DNA from: Lama guanicoe
Lineage: Eukaryota
Reading direction: 5' to 3'
Assembly: GCA_013239625.1 (NCBI GenBank)
Contig: MU053810.1
Location: 4,186,071 to 4,250,070 of the forward strand
Length of the DNA stretch: 64,000 bases
Shown here: piece by piece, positions 13,336-32,369 of the stretch
Layout: each line of letters opens with the position of its first letter
Numbering within the stretch: the first letter of the stretch is position 1
Made by a program: the position numbers and the translations under genes
The notes under the pieces: model-generated
What the model was told of the DNA's origin: nothing
The model's database searches: none
What the model saw: only the letters and a program-made list of their open reading frames with translations

Positions 13336-16047
13336 ATTTAAGAGTTTGAATGAGAGGCTGTGATTAACTAAAGCTGGCATAGAGGCAGAAGAGTTCTAGG
13401 AGCAGCACCTTGGCCAGATGAAGTTGTTGGTCCTGTCTTATTATCATCATGAATATATTCAGGTACTTTCTCGGCTTGAAAAGAGTTGAAGTTTAGTCTT
13501 TCATCAGCAAGCATGCACCTTGCCTTTCCTCTCACAGCAGGCTGGGCATTAGAACGTGCCCTACAATAATCTGTGTGAGGCATCCTGTGCCTAGGAACAG
13601 ATGTGCTGTTTGGGAGGTTTATTCATTCACAGATTTTACTGATTGAAACCGATGTGTGCTGAAGCATTTTGAAATACATTGCTGGAAGTGGGGCTCCTGG
13701 TTTCACTTCCCCACATTATGAGCCGAAAAGTCCTTCCAGGAGCTCAAATGTCCCATTTCTCCATTTATCCCCTTGTGCCATGGAACTTACTTTCAGTATG
13801 AAAAAAAGTTCAATTTCATCCCATTTTACTGAGATTGATGAAATTAATTTCTTAGCGTGGCTAATGGTCTTGCAAATAAAAATCATTTCCTTGGTTTAGC
13901 AAACCTGGGGGAAGAAAAATGTGAAGAAAAAGTTTTAACTTCTTGGCTTCTGTTACTATATTCTGAGACATCTTCAGGGGCTCCTTGTCAGATTACATGT
14001 CTTGAAAATATCTGTAACTGATTACAGGTGGTGGAACCTAGAGGCAAGACGGTTCAGGTATGGATTTTGAAAAATGTTGGGATGAGGGCACATCAGCAAA
14101 CATCTTTTATCATGTCTGCTTTTAAACACATTTTTCTGGGAAAGTTGTTTTTAGAGGCAAAAAGTGGGTCTGGTGTGTTGTTGTTTTGCTTTGGACAGTG
14201 GACTCCGTATTTCACATCCCTCAAAATCCACCCTCAGGTTAACGGGAAGACTGAGGCAGTTTGTGGGTGTTTGTGAGCCAGTGGAAGAGACAGTTGGACA
14301 CCAATTTCTATCCATGTTCAATTGTCCTGTGGTGTATGTTAAGCCCCAAATAGTTTGCATAATGAAACATTGAATTTCACTGTGAACATTTTCATCAATT
14401 CCTAGAATCTCAGAACGTCATTAATTAGCAGCTGCAAGTGTTGTGTTACGTGTCAGGAGTGATTTTTTTAATGAACTGAAATGTATTAACTTTGTCTCCC
14501 TTTCTCTGGGTTCCTAAGACATTTACATTTTATTTACTCTTTAGCTGTGGGCTTAAGCAAGCCTTTCTTAGAGTGGACATCACTGAACAAAATTTTTTTG
14601 CTCAAAAGGTAGATTGATTTTATTGCTTTGAGTTGCATGGGAAATAATTGTACTTTGATCCAAATGTTAATTGAATGCAGAAGAATTGTTTCTGAAAATT
14701 CGACTATTTTCACATTGATATAGGCTCCCATTAAAATAACCACATGTGACATTTACTTTTATTTTCATTAACTCAGAATTAAGAAGCATGTTATAAATAT
14801 AATTCCCCACTATTCGTGCAATCTTGCACTTTCTCTATGTCCGTTAGGTATTTTACGTTTGATTACATTTATTTGAAGTGATTTTTGTTTCTCTTGTATC
14901 AAAAGCATTAGTTATGGCTTGTTACTAATGAATGCAAGTTTACAGGAAAGACTATTTTTATTATTAAATCCTATCATTAGATTTAATTTGATTCTGTTTA
15001 GATGGTTGGCTTAAAAAAAGTCTATCTTGAGCCAAAGCAAATAGGCATTTACCGAGTGCCTTCTATGGGTCGGGTTTCTGCTAAGCTATGTGTCGTGTAT
15101 GTTATGGAATTAAGCCATAGAAGAGCCCTACAAAGTATCAAAATCTCCAGTTTACATAGAAGGATGGTGAGGCACAGAGGAGTTTAGTGCCTAGGCCAGG
15201 CTCACACAAACAGCAGTTGTTGGATTTTGGGTTGCAGACCTTTGAAATTAGCGACAGATGCTTTGCACGTTGATTCTCCAGTTTAAGGCCTCTTATTTTT
15301 CATGGATGCTCCAATTTTTACCTAGGAACTATTTTGTACTTAGCTGAAAGAGGATTCCAGATTTGATAAACAGTGAAGCCAATGAAGCAGATTTCAAACA
15401 ATAATAGAAGAAAAACTGGTTAACACCGATGGCTCTGGTTAGAGTTAGAGCACCCCTGAGGACACTCTAGAAGCCTTATAGAAAGAAAAGCTAACATCCT
15501 CAGTACAAGGGTTAGGAGACCATTTGTTCCTCGAGAAGCATGATGGCTAAGCTCACAGTTGTTAATAGAAATAATTTGAGAGCTTTGTAGTGTAACATGC
15601 TATTTCTGCTATGCCTGCTTCACCTGCCCATTTTGCTTGTGAATATAATCAAAAGTCCAGTAGCCATCCACCTTTTTCTTGGTTGGGGTAACTATAATAA
15701 TTTTAGAAAACTTGGGATGCAAGCTCGGAATTGGATTTGGGGCTTAGCGGCTTGTGTGCGACTGGGTTGATCCAGCTCTCTGTGATACACTCTGAAAACA
15801 TTTGGTAACAGCAATTTCCTGACTGAAGCAAGTGTCATCTAAACTTCCAGTTTCTGGAAGAACGTTGGAGAAGAGAACGGGAGTCTATTCCATAGTAAGC
15901 AAATTCATCTTTTTAATGATGGAAAATACTGTTCATCCAGGATCCACACTAATCTGAACAGTTAGTCAATGAAAAATAATTAAGATCTTTTGATGTAACA
16001 ACCCATTTGAGTTTTGTGACATCTAGTTTTTAGAACAGAAAATCATA

Positions 16048-18182
<2,135 letters not shown>

Positions 18183-21100
18183 CAGAAATCTTAGATCTTA
18201 AACTCATACTTTCACTTTCAACTCCGCCTTTCCAACCTAATTATTCTAACCCTCCTTGTCTCACTGACAAACATTTTTCCCTGCAAGACCCAGCTCCCAA
18301 GTGCCCTCATCTGTAAATTCTCCCCTAATTACTGCTCACTCTTCCTTCCTCCCTGGTCCCCTCGGAGTGAACCCCTCCCCGATGTCTCCTGTACACTGGT
18401 AGTGACTGGCCCTACTGGTTGTCCTCTCTGCTGAGCTGTGAGAGCCCAGAGAGGGGTGGACGGGTCATTAGTCTTCAATCTGCAGGGTACCATGCGGGGC
18501 TTGGTGTTGGCTAAAGCAAAAAAAAAAAAAAAAAAGAATGATTAACACAGGGTTAAGGCAAGGTGTGTGTACTGAGGACAATCAGGTCAAAAAAAGAGAC
18601 AGAAATGGGGGAAGTTGCCCAGAAGGACCCCCAAAAGAAAAGAATCTCACCCTTAATGAATCTTCTCTGTTCTAAAAGGAAACCAGGTGACTATTCACAG
18701 TGGCCTTCCTGCTGCCCCAGTAAGGGATCTCTTTAGACTGAAAACTTACTAGAACTCCCAGTTTCACCTGTTCTGACCAGGAACCTTCCCCGCGTTTTCC
18801 CAGATGGTCTCACAGACAGACTCCCCCTCCTTTTTTCATTATGAACTTCTGCGGATCTTGTTGGATCCTGTGCTCATGACAGCCTTTACCAGGCACAATG
18901 GAGGCCCGGGGAGGCTGCTGCCTCCATATTGTCCCCCACCCCTCTCTTCCACCTTCATCCTTGATGTCCACAGGTCTCCAGGATAAAGTGTCCCTCCTCT
19001 TCTGACTCTGCCCTGCCAGCTTCTCTTTGGGGCCTTTTAATTTTGACTTTCAACTTGTGAAATTTCTAAATGCTCCTCTTTTTTTTTTTTTTTTCTCTCA
19101 CGTTTCCTTAATCCTGGGGCATCTTCTGAGAGAAGGAGTTGTTACATCCATTGTAACATTTCCTACAATGTATGTTGTTTTTTTGTGTGTTCGTGAGCCT
19201 TGCAGATTTTTTCCATTTGTGAGCCTCAATCAGTGGATTTAATAGCTACATTAAGAGGAAAGATAAAATCAAAGGAAAGGGAATTTTAAAATACCATTGC
19301 CAAGTGATTTAAAACCACCAAATTATCAAAACAATAATTAAATATAAACTGCATTTCATCCTCATTGTACAAACACACAGGCAAATCACAGGCTGTGTAG
19401 CCATTGGGACTGGTCCTCTTGATCTGGAGATCTGCAGCTGTACCCCCTCCGTAGCTCCACGCAGATCCTTCTAGGCCCAGCTGCCTCCGGCTGTGGCCCA
19501 GTTTCTTTCCTGAGCTGCAGAGCAAACGAAACAAAAAGTTTGGAAATGAAGATAGCTTAGATCCTGGGAGCTGACTAGGAGAAATTAAAATCTTGATGAA
19601 ATCCTAGGAACCCAAAGGGGAAAAAAAATGTAAATATCTGTGGCTGTTCGTAACCACCGGTCTTTTGCCATGAGCCAGGGAATTAAGACTCCTGGTTTAG
19701 TCTCTGAAATTCTTTCCCAGTGGCCATATCATCTCATCCAAGCCTCTTCATCTCTGTCACCTTCAGTGATCCTAAAGTCCCCGAGAGCACTGAAAGTCAA
19801 TTCTTCTGTGATCCCGTTGGTGAGAGTGTGCAGAATGTGCAATTTGGAGATGAACTTGGATGATCTTTTCTCCCCAGCGGCCTCGAGCGAGAAGTGAAGC
19901 ACTTATAACTGTTATGAATACGAAGCAACAGCCAATGAGGAAGGAAACAGAGGAGAAACGGAAAATCATCAGCCTAGACGGAGAAGATTTAATAGGTTGT
20001 TGTGGGACTAGCAATACCAGCGCGCAAAGATTGAAAGGTTGGGAGTCAGAACAAGAAGTCCGGCCATGCGGTGTGTCTCCAAGAGCCTCGTGGACTGGTT
20101 GTGAGCTGATGGCGACAGGGGCCCCAGTTCACCTCAAGTAACCATCTGTGTCTTGTGATGTTCACCGTGAGGAGCTGGTACATTGTCACGCTGATACTTC
20201 AGTTCACCTTCTAATCTCTCACACACATAATATCTTTGTCTAGCATGTGACTCTCACGTCCGCCTTAAAGTATAAGGTTAAAAAAAATAGAAAGCTATAG
20301 GGAAATAAACAGGAGTTGACGTGGATTCATATTTTGAAAAATAATACTGGGGATGCTTAAGATGCATTTGATGGATAAATATATGGTGCTGTTAGTGTTT
20401 CTTTTTGAAAGGACTGCTATCAGTTTTCGGATTATCATTGTTTAATTTGGGGGAACATTTTTTCTATTTTTTTTTATTGTGGCAAAATACACATAATATA
20501 AAATTTGCTATCTTAATGGTTTTCAAGGTTACCGTTCACTGGCATTAAGTATGTTCGTATTGTTATGCAACCATCCTCCCCATCCATCTCCATAATGTTT
20601 TTCATCTTGTGAAACTAAAACTCTGTAACCATTGAACAGTAACTCCCCATGCCTTCCTCCCCCCAGTGCCTGGCAACCACCACTCTACTTCCTGTCTGAG
20701 ATTCTAACTGCTCTAAGTATCTCATATAAGTGGAATCACACAATATTTGTCTTTTTGTTTTAAACTGGCTCATTCCACTAAGTATAATGTCCTAAAGTTC
20801 ATCCATGCTGTAGCATATGGCAGAAGATCCTTCTCTTTTTAAGGCTGAATAGAATTCCATTGCATGTATATACACATTTTGTTTATTCTTTCATCCATCA
20901 GTGGACACTTGAGTTGCTCCCGTATTTTAGCTACTGTGAATAATGCAGCTATGAATATGGGTGTACAAATGTCTCTTCAAGACTCTGCTTTCAGTTCTTT
21001 GGTATATATCCAGAAGTGGGGTTGTTGGATCACAATCATATGGTAATACAATTTTAAACAGAATTATTTAATAATGCACAAGGATTCCAATTTCTACACA

Positions 21101-21570
21101 TCCATTCCAAAACTTGTTTTTTCTAAATAACAGCCTTCCTAATGAGTGTCAAGTGTTATCTTGCTATAGTTTTGATTTGCATTTCCCTAGTAATTAGTAA
21201 TCTTGAACATCTTTTTATGTAATCATGCCCAATGTATATCTTCTTTGGAGAAATGTCTTTTCAAATTCTTTGACCATTTTTTAATTAGGCTGCTTGTTGT
21301 TTTTGTTGTTGAATTTTAGGAGTTCTTTATATATTCTGGATATTAATTTCTTATTAGATATGCAATTTGGAAATACTTTGTCCCATTCTGTGGGTTGCCT
21401 TTTTGTTCTGTTGATAAAGATTTTTCCATTTTCATGAAGTCCAATTTTTAATTTTTTCTTTTGTTGCCTGTGTCTTTGGTATCCTATGTAAAAAACTCAG
21501 GGTTGTGAAGATTTTTGTTTTGTGTTTTCTTCTAAGAGTTTTATTTGTTTGTTTGCTTAAATAGTTTTGG

Positions 21571-23680
<2,110 letters not shown>

Positions 23681-24592
23681 AAATAGTTTTGGGTCTTAAA
23701 TTTACATAATGGATCCATTTTAAGTTGAGTTTTGCCCCTGGTGTTAGATAAGGATCTGACTTTATTCTTTTGCATGTGAATATCCAGTGTTCCCAGCATC
23801 GTTTGTTGAAAAGACTGTTCTTACTCTGTTGAATGGTCATAGCACCCTGGTTAAAAAATCATTTGATGGTGTAGGTAAGAGTTTATTTCTGGGCTCTCTA
23901 GTCTATTCTATTGGTCTATATGGCTGTCTTTACACCAACACCACACTGTTTTGAGTACTGTAGTTTTGTAGTAAATTTTGAAACCAGGAATTGTGAGAAC
24001 TCTAGCTATGTTTCTCTTTCAGAATTCTTATTGACTTTTCAAGGTCCCTCAGGATTCCATATGACATTTAGGATGGATTTTACTATTTCTGTAAAAAGTA
24101 CCATTGATATTTTGATAGGGATTATACTGAATCTATGGATTGCTTTAGGTAGTGTTGACATTTTAACAGTATTAAGTCTTCCAATCCATGAACATGGGAT
24201 GTTTTCCCATTTATTTATGTTTTCATTAATTTCTTTAAGAAATGTTTTGTAGTTTTCATTGAACAAGTCTTTCACCTCCTTTTGCTTAGTCAGTTCCTAA
24301 GTATTTTATTCTTTTTGATTCTATTGTGAATGGAAATTTTTTTATTAACTTTCCTTTTGGATTGTTTATTGTTCGTGAATAGAAATTCCATTGATTTTTG
24401 TGTGTTGACTTTGTATCCTGCTAATTTACTGAATTTGTTTATAAGTTCTAACAGATTTTTGTGTGGAATCTTTAGGATTTCTACATATAAAATCATATCA
24501 CCTATGAACAGAGGTATTTTTACTTCTTCCTTTCTAATTTGGATGACTTTTATTTCTTTTTCTTGCCTAGTTTCTCTGGCTAGAACTTCAGG

Positions 24593-25240
24593 ACTTTTTT
24601 TAAAAAACTCTTTTCCCCCTTTGTTTTCTTGAGAAATAATTGACATATGCCACTGTATAAGTTTAAAAGTGTAAAGCATAATGGTTTGATTTACATATAT
24701 TGTGAAACTATGACCACAATAAGTTTAGTTAACATTCATCATCTCATATAGATACAATAAAAAGAAAAGAAAAAAATTTCTTCCCATGATGAGAACTGTT
24801 AGGATCACCTCTCTTAACAGCTGTCCTATATATCATACAGCTGTGTTCACTATAGTCATCATGTTGTACATCACATCCCTAGTAGTTATATGTAACTGCA
24901 GTTTTGTACCTTTTCAGCTCATAGAAATTAACAAGAATTAAAGAATTAAATTTGAGACCTGAAACCATTAAACTTCCAGAAAACACAGGAAAAAAGCTCC
25001 TTGACATGGGTCTTGATAATGATTTTTTGGAACTTACATCTAAAGCTCAAGCAATAAAATAAAAAATAAGTGGGCTACAGCAAACAAGCAAACAAACAAA
25101 CAAAGACTTCTGCACAGCAAAAGAAACCATCAACAGAGTGAAATGACAACCTACAGAATGGGAAAAATATTTGCAAACCATATATCCAATAAGGGGTTAC
25201 TATTCAAAATAAAGAACTCATACAACTCAATAAGAAAAAA
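24593..25240. mobile_element. Nested L1 insertion with 5' inversion (antisense tail plus sense ORF2 piece)
   Basis: About 24593-24915 is an antisense L1 3' terminus ('tgagaaataattgacatat...tttaaaagtgtaaagcataatg'). About 24940-25240 is sense ORF2-like ('gagacctgaaaccattaaac...aaagctccttgacatgggtcttg...cagcaaaagaaaccatcaacagagtg'). Confidence 0.65.
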
Positions 25241-26953
25241 TCTGTGCTATATTGAAAAGAAACGGTGACAGTGGGCATCCTTGCCTTGTTCTTGATCTTG
25301 AAGAAGAGCTTTCTGTCTGTCCCAATTGGTATGTTGTATGCTGTGGGTGTTTCATATGTGGCTTTTATTTTGTTGAGGTATGTTAGTGCTTAATTTTGAA
25401 TGTTACAGTTCCTCGGAAGCCTGATTTCAGGATAGGTAGCTTTATTGTGCAGAAGGCAGTACCAGAAACAATAGTGACACTCGTAATGATTAGGTAATGG
25501 TGTAGACAGAAGATAACTGTGTCTGATGGACCTTGGGCTGATTCACTGATTCTTTAGTGTTACCGTTATTGGATTTGAACAAGGCGCTTCACTTCTGTGA
25601 GCGGCCAGTTTCCTACCTGTGGAATTACCCTTAAAATGTTGTATGTGTGTTTTAAAAGTTTCAGGTGCTTCTGTCCCCACACCTGCATTGTGTGTATGAA
25701 GAAGACACTACTCTTCTGTGTTCCTTGCAGTAGAGGGAGGAAGAAATTATTTCGTTGATACTGTATCCCTGTTTAGCTCACTTCTCCCATTTGCCTCATA
25801 TTTTACATACATGGAGGGGACTAGCCAGTTTTATTTTATTCTGAGACTTTTTCACTCTTCCCAGGTTTAAGGAAGTTTTAACTCACTGCCCAGGCCATTT
25901 CATAGATGTTTTCAGGAGTTGGTACAGACAGGTTGGTGGGCATCTGTGGGTCTAACCAAGAGGATGAGGAGCGGAAGGAGCATCCCATTGTGACTTGCTG
26001 AACATTGCCTGCTCCTTCATGGGTCAAGCTCCCTTCCACACTAGCACCCAGGGTGTAAAGTCAAGAGCATTGGCCATGGTGATGTGCACACTACAGCATG
26101 TGCACAGGGCAGATGAAATTTACTCTCTCCACCTCGCTGCTGATTGGTGAGTCCCTACTGTTCCCACTCTGTCTGAATAGGACTGAAAGTGACATTAATA
26201 AAGAGTTTGCATTCTAGGGTTGCATCAGTACGCACTGAGATGGAAACATTTAGGAATAAGCAAAGCAGAAGGATCTGGAATGGACAGTGGGACAGGAGTT
26301 GAATTCTAGCAGTCATAATATAGGCGTAGTGCACCTATATTAACATCCTAATGTTTTTCTAACCCTTCGCCAATAACAAGGAGAAGAGTAACAGCAAAGG
26401 CAAAAAAAAAAAAAAAAAAAAAAGGTAGCAACATGGGGTGGGGGATGAAAAAAATGCATCAAAATGTCAATATGGCCCACACCCTGCATATGCTTCTATT
26501 GAGACAGTTACCCACTGGTAAGGAAACACAAGGTCAGAGACTTCAACAAGTATCCACTTTCAAGGCTGATCTAGTCCCAGATTCAGTCACTAAATCTTAA
26601 ATTTTGATTTTTAGCAATGTAATTTGGCACATAGGTTGAACTTTCTTGTTAGTTGCAGTGTTAGTCATGATAAGCGACGTAGGACAGCTGGGCAGACAGC
26701 TCTTTCCTTTGTTCTCCTTTTTCCTTCTCTTCTTTAGCCCCCTTTTCCTACCCCAGCAACCTGCATGACACATCAGAATAAATTAGGCAGTTGTTTGCTA
26801 TCCTACCTAATACTTGATACTTTCAAATTTCCAAGTCTTATCAGGGTTACTCGGTAATTTTAGTTTTTTTGAATTATCACAGTAAGGGAAAATTTGAAGG
26901 TGACTCACAGAGGAAAATGTGGCTAACAAGAAGGTAGATAGTAGTTAAATTTC

Positions 26954-27917
26954 TTACTGGTGATTTCAGTGTAGGAAATTTGAGTCGGACGACAGGTTGA
27001 AAATCATGTATTCTAAAAGGGAACTGTGTCCTTCTTTAAGAAATTTCTCTGGCTCTTAAATCAAGCGTGGTTTCATGCCTTGTCGTTGTCACGAGGGGTG
27101 TGACAGAGTGAATGTAGCAAATATTGATTTTTGCTTTTAGTTTTTTTTTTAATTGGCATATAGTCAATTACAATGTGTCGATTTCTGGTGTACAGCATAA
27201 TTTCCCAGTCATACATATACATCCATTCATTTTCATATTCTTTTTCATTAAAGGTCATTATTAGATATCAAATATAGTTCCCTGTGCTATACAGAAGAAA
27301 GTTTTTTTTATCTATTTTTATATATAGTGGTTAATATTTGCAAATCTCAAACTCCCCAAATTTATCCCTTCCCACCTCCTTTCCCCTGGTAACCATAAGA
27401 TTGTTTACTATGTCTGGGGTCTGTTTCTGTTTTAATTACTGGTGATTTCAGTGTAGGAAATTTGAGTCGGACGACAGGTTGAAAATCATGTATTCTAAAA
27501 GGGAACTGTGTCCTTCTTTAAGAAATTTCTCTGGCTCTTAAATCAAGCGTGGTTTCATGCCTTGTCGTTGTCACGAGGGGTGTGACAGAGTGAATGTAGC
27601 AAATATTGATTTTTGCTTTTAGTTTTTTTTTTAATTGGCATATAGTCAATTACAATGTGTCGATTTCTGGTGTACAGCATAATTTCCCAGTCATACATAT
27701 ACATCCATTCATTTTCATATTCTTTTTCATTAAATGTCATTATTAGATATCAAATATAGTTCCCTGTGCTATACAGAAGAAATTTGTTTTTTTATCTATT
27801 TTTATATATAGTGGTTAATATTTGCAAATCTCAAACTCCCCAAATTTATCCCTTCCCACCTCCTTTCCCCTGGTAACCATAAGATTGTTTACTATGTCTG
27901 GGGTCTGTTTCTGTTTT
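26954..27917. repeat. Direct tandem duplication, period 482 bp, including an antisense L1 3' end
   Basis: 26954-27433 is repeated at 27436-27917 with very few differences. The identical ORFs 27073-27258 and 27555-27740 are offset by 482. Confidence 0.95.
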
Positions 27918-28188
27918 GTAGATGAGTTTATCAGTGTCTTCTTTTTTCTTTCTTTTTTTTTCCCTAAGTCTATTATGAATTTCAGAGCACTTATCATTGT
28001 TGAACAGCTCCATAAATTTCTTCACGCTTATTTGCTTAATGCTTATCTGTCCTCTTAGACTGAAAGCCACATGAGGGCCAGGATCATGTCTGGTTTTGCT
28101 CATCACTGTGTTCTGAGCACTTAGCGTGGTTTCTGTTATGGGCATATTACACGTTCAGCAAATATTTGTTGAATCTGCTGGTGGGTTT

Positions 28189-28821
28189 TATTGAAGGCCT
28201 CCTGTCTACTGAAGGATACTTAACCATCCATTCTGCTGTTCAGGAAAAAGGTACATTTGTGAACTCTTTACCAGAAAAGTATAAGTTACCATTTTAAGGT
28301 TGTAGGGGGTTAGTTTTGACTTTTAAATGTAACAGTTGAGCTTCACTGTGATCAGTGTCACAAGAGATGAGGAGCTGAGAAAATAACTGGATGTGGCTCT
28401 TTACCATTTAGTCAGCGCAGGGATGGGTTAATTCAAGGATCCTGGGCTGAATGTGCCTTGTGGGGGTGCTTGGAGCTAAGGGTGGTGCAGGCTTGCCTGG
28501 ATCTATATTGAAGGCCTCGTGTCTACTGAAGGATACTTAACCTTCCATTCTGCTGTTCAGGAAAAAGGTACATTTGTGAACTCTCTACCAGAAAAGTATA
28601 AGTTACCATTTTAAGGTTGTAGGGGGTTAGTTTTGACTTTTAAATGTAACAGTTGAGCTTCACTGTGATCAGTGTCACAAGAGATGAGGAGCTGAGAAAA
28701 TAACTGGATGTGGCTCTTTACCATTTAGTCAGCGCAGGGATGGGTTAATTCAAGGATCCTGGGCTGAATGTGCCTTGTGGGGGTGCTTGGAGCTAAGGGT
28801 GGTGCAGGCTTGCCTGGATCT
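28189..28821. repeat. Direct tandem duplication, period 317 bp
   Basis: 'tattgaaggcctc...gcttgcctggatct' at 28189-28504 and 28506-28821; three substitutions seen. Confidence 0.95.
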
Positions 28822-30829
28822 TCCAGAGCTTCACAGATTACAGCAGACAGCCTTCCAGAAGCAGGCCAGGCAGGTAAATGAGCATTAAAAAAATGTTTTT
28901 GTATTGAAGTATAGTTGATTGACAATGTTGTGTTAGTTTTATGTTGGCGGGGATGTGGTTTGGTGCAGCCACCATGAAAACAGTATAAGCATCGATCCCT
29001 ACACTGTGATGTCTGTGCTGCTGGGGCTGTGGGGTCCTCAGCTGGACCATGTGCAACCCTCATTCACACAGAATTTCAAGTCTTGTGAGGTCTTCATGTC
29101 ATGGAGAGGGAGGTGAGGTGGCGAATGTGTTTTTGTCAAAGAAGTGAGGTCGGCTGCTACTACATCATTCTTTCAGCCCACCTCTCGTAGGCTTTGCTGT
29201 AATGACCTTAGAGGATGAGCAGCTCTCTTCAGAACACCGTAGCACATTTGGCTTCGACACATGCAATCAGTGCCTGCCACAGGAAATGGCTCCCTTTAAA
29301 CTCAAAATTAATTATAGGCATTTATATTTCCAGCGACCAACATGGGTAATCAGATCTAATTAACTGGTAATCAATCAATGCTTCTTTTCTTCCCTTATCC
29401 TGCCCCACGTACAATGGCAAGTCAGTGAAGATAATTCTGAATCTGAGATTAGAACCCTTGGGAGGCCGAGGAGAACCATTCTAATATCATACCTGGGAAT
29501 TTGGTGTGGGGTCTCTACTCTTGCTGATGATGTGTGGGAGGGCTTGTTCCCACCTTTCTCACTGTGCTCCAAGCCCACCCCCGCCTAGTGTGGTGGTTTT
29601 CTTGTCTTCTGTGCCAGAGGCTGTACTGAAATGTGCAGATCCCACTCCTCAAGTGGTTACACATGGATGAGTTTTGATTCTTGCCATCTCTGCTTAGGCT
29701 TCAGTTGAGTTGCATTTAGTTGCATTTAGTTGATTGGTTAAAAGATCCTTTTGACCTAAGCTCAATTTTCACCAACTACTCACTGGTGAAGTTCTGTGTG
29801 TTCAGTTGTGCTGATAGAAGGGGGAGGAAAACCCAGGAGTTTGTGACACATCACTTCAAAAGCAGTATCAAAATGTTGCTCCATTGGCCTTCCAGGATGG
29901 AAAAGACCCTGTGAAGAAATTTATACTGTAGTCTCAATCTAAAAAAGTTAGTTCCAATTTTCTTTTTTAAGGGTGATATTAATTTTCCTCTTATTCACCC
30001 CTGCATCAACCTGGGTCCTCTAGAATCTTCATGATTTATAGATCTTCCCAATGTCCCCAAGGTAAATAGGACACAGGATTAGCCTCTGTGCACAGATTAA
30101 CCGATGCATATCTCCTGTGGCTCTCAAGAGCCCATCAGTTTTTCCAATATCATGGAATGGAGTGGGAAACCTGAGAGGACTAAGGAATGAATTGGTTAGA
30201 GAATACAAATCATCTTTGTATGATTGGCAATAGTAGTGCTGCACGTTGAAACTACTTCTGGTCAAGTCTGAGGCACCCCCCTAACTGTGATATCATAACG
30301 TAGCGTATTTTCAACCCAGCACTCTTTCTGTGATCAACCCATCTCTCCTTTCATCACCTTGATAGAAGCCCTCAGGTGCTTGAAAGTTCTAAAGAAGCGT
30401 CCCTTGTAAGAGCAGAACTATCACTGAAATGATGCCACCAGGTTTGGTTATGATATTTCTTACACCATAGTTAGAGCTACTGCAGAGATGGTTCCCAAAA
30501 ACATGGCTTTGTTTCCTACATAGTTGGGGGGTGAGTAAAGCTCTCTCCTAACTCAAGTTACCCAATGAGTAGAGTTTTTGCAGTGAATATTAGAACCCAC
30601 TTTTTCCCTCTTCATACAGCATGCTTTTGAATGACTTCCTTGCACCAGAGATTTTGATTTAGAAAATGCAGGCAAGCTTTTAATATTAGCATGAGTAAGA
30701 TAGAAGTGAAAAAGTGTATATTTTTGCTGCCAAATCCCCCAAAACCTGTTACTCCAGTCCAAGCCTGTGAATCAAGGTACTGGTGCTTCTTGATGATATT
30801 TTATGGTATTTCTATTGGAACTGGTAACC

Positions 30830-31200
30830 CTGGTCGCTGAACAGATAAACCTGAAAATCTTAAGGGCTGAACACAATGGAAGTTTATTTCTTGGTTACAT
30901 CATAAGTGTTCTTGATTAGTGGGTGGAATCCTTCCAGACCATGATTTGGATTTGATGACTCAGCTTTCTCTCATCTTGTGGCTTTGCCATTGTCGGTACA
31001 AGGCTTCCTTGTTACCACGAAAGGGGGGAAGGCATGAAGGACTGACTGTGTTTAAAGACCATGCTTGGAAGTGGCACACACCACTCTGACTCACATTTCC
31101 TTGGGCAGAATTTGGTCACATGCAAGAAAGCTGAGACTGGGGTCCAGCTGTGTGCCCAGGGGGAAGAACACACAGCTGTGGTCCACGGCCAGCCCATCTG
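30830..31200. mobile_element. Old MaLR (MLT1-like) LTR remnant
   Basis: 'aaatcttaagggctgaacacaatggaagtttatttctt', 'ggcagaatttggtcacatg', 'agctgtgtgcccagggggaaga'. Confidence 0.55.
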
Positions 31201-32369
31201 TGTCACAACTGTTTCCTCGCTTCCTTCACACCCTCCCCTTTCCTTTGCCATTTGTCTTTTTTCACTTCTGCCTTGTAAAATTTGGCGGTACAGCCCGTGT
31301 TGAACATTTAAGAAAGCGTCTAAAAATACACAACCCTGTCAGATTTTTATGAATTTTAAACTATGTGAATTTTAAAAGTGTGACTTAAATGTTAGTAAAT
31401 ATTAGCAGAATCTCATTTGATGTGTAAATGTTGAAAAAAGAAAATACACTCAATTCTAAGATAATCTGAATTATGTGATTTCAAAGCTGACGGACAAAGC
31501 AATTGGTACAGTATTTATGCCACTGACAGTGAGAGGCACCACCCTAACTGCTACCAGAACTATCCACCATCCTTGGTAGATGCAACATGCGTCATAAAAT
31601 TCTTTACATGCATTAGAATCTCTGATGATGAATGACTGATGCGCTGTCATCTTAATGTCCATGGACATGCTGATTTAAAATCTTTTTATTTTTTCTATTC
31701 TAGATCAGTGCTAAACAGGCACTTATCAAGTGGCAGTATTGGTGACAGTGTTGAAAATATGCATGACTATCAATACCATTGAAATGGAAGGTCAGTAGTA
31801 ATGAAGATCAGGAGATAGAAGAGGACAAGTAGAGAGGAAGAAAAATAGATGGAAAAGAGGATTAGTTAATGCATGTGAGCCCTGGGGTTTGTTTTAGAGC
31901 ACTTGGATTTAAGGACCCTTTCGGTCCTTACACTAACCCTCCGAGGTAGGTGGGAGGTCACTCCCTTTTTATGCAGAAACACATTTCCCTGGAGGTAAGG
32001 CCACACCCCGCTGTAACCCATTATATCTTGTTGGTAATTTAGAATGAACACTCTACAAACTATTAGGGATTTTGCAGAGAAAATGGAAAGGAGAATGAAA
32101 GCAGTCTTTTCACCCTGCCCCATTCTAGAATTAATCCTTTCGGATAATTAAGAGTTATGTTTTGTGACAACATACTTCTTCAAGAATTTGTATGCCCTGG
32201 CATACAAGCAGGGATACCAAACTTTCTGCCCTCTAACTTCCTTTAGACACAACCAAGGAGACACATCCATGTGATTTCTTCACACTTCTGCATGTAGAGC
32301 CTGAAGGAGTATGAAACAAACTAACGAACTGACTTCCCTGATGTGAAACTGTTTGTTCATTCATTCTTC

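Noticed and set aside
13985..14375. Exon-like segments (…cag/…CAGgtatgg; tttggacag/…) of a possible host gene
   Set aside because: Splice-like motifs only; I recognise no protein in any frame and cannot support an exon without alignment or RNA data.
27073..27740. Duplicated 61-aa ORF as a tandem gene pair
   Set aside because: The ORF lies in L1 3'UTR/tail and flank sequence; its identity just reflects the 482-bp duplication.
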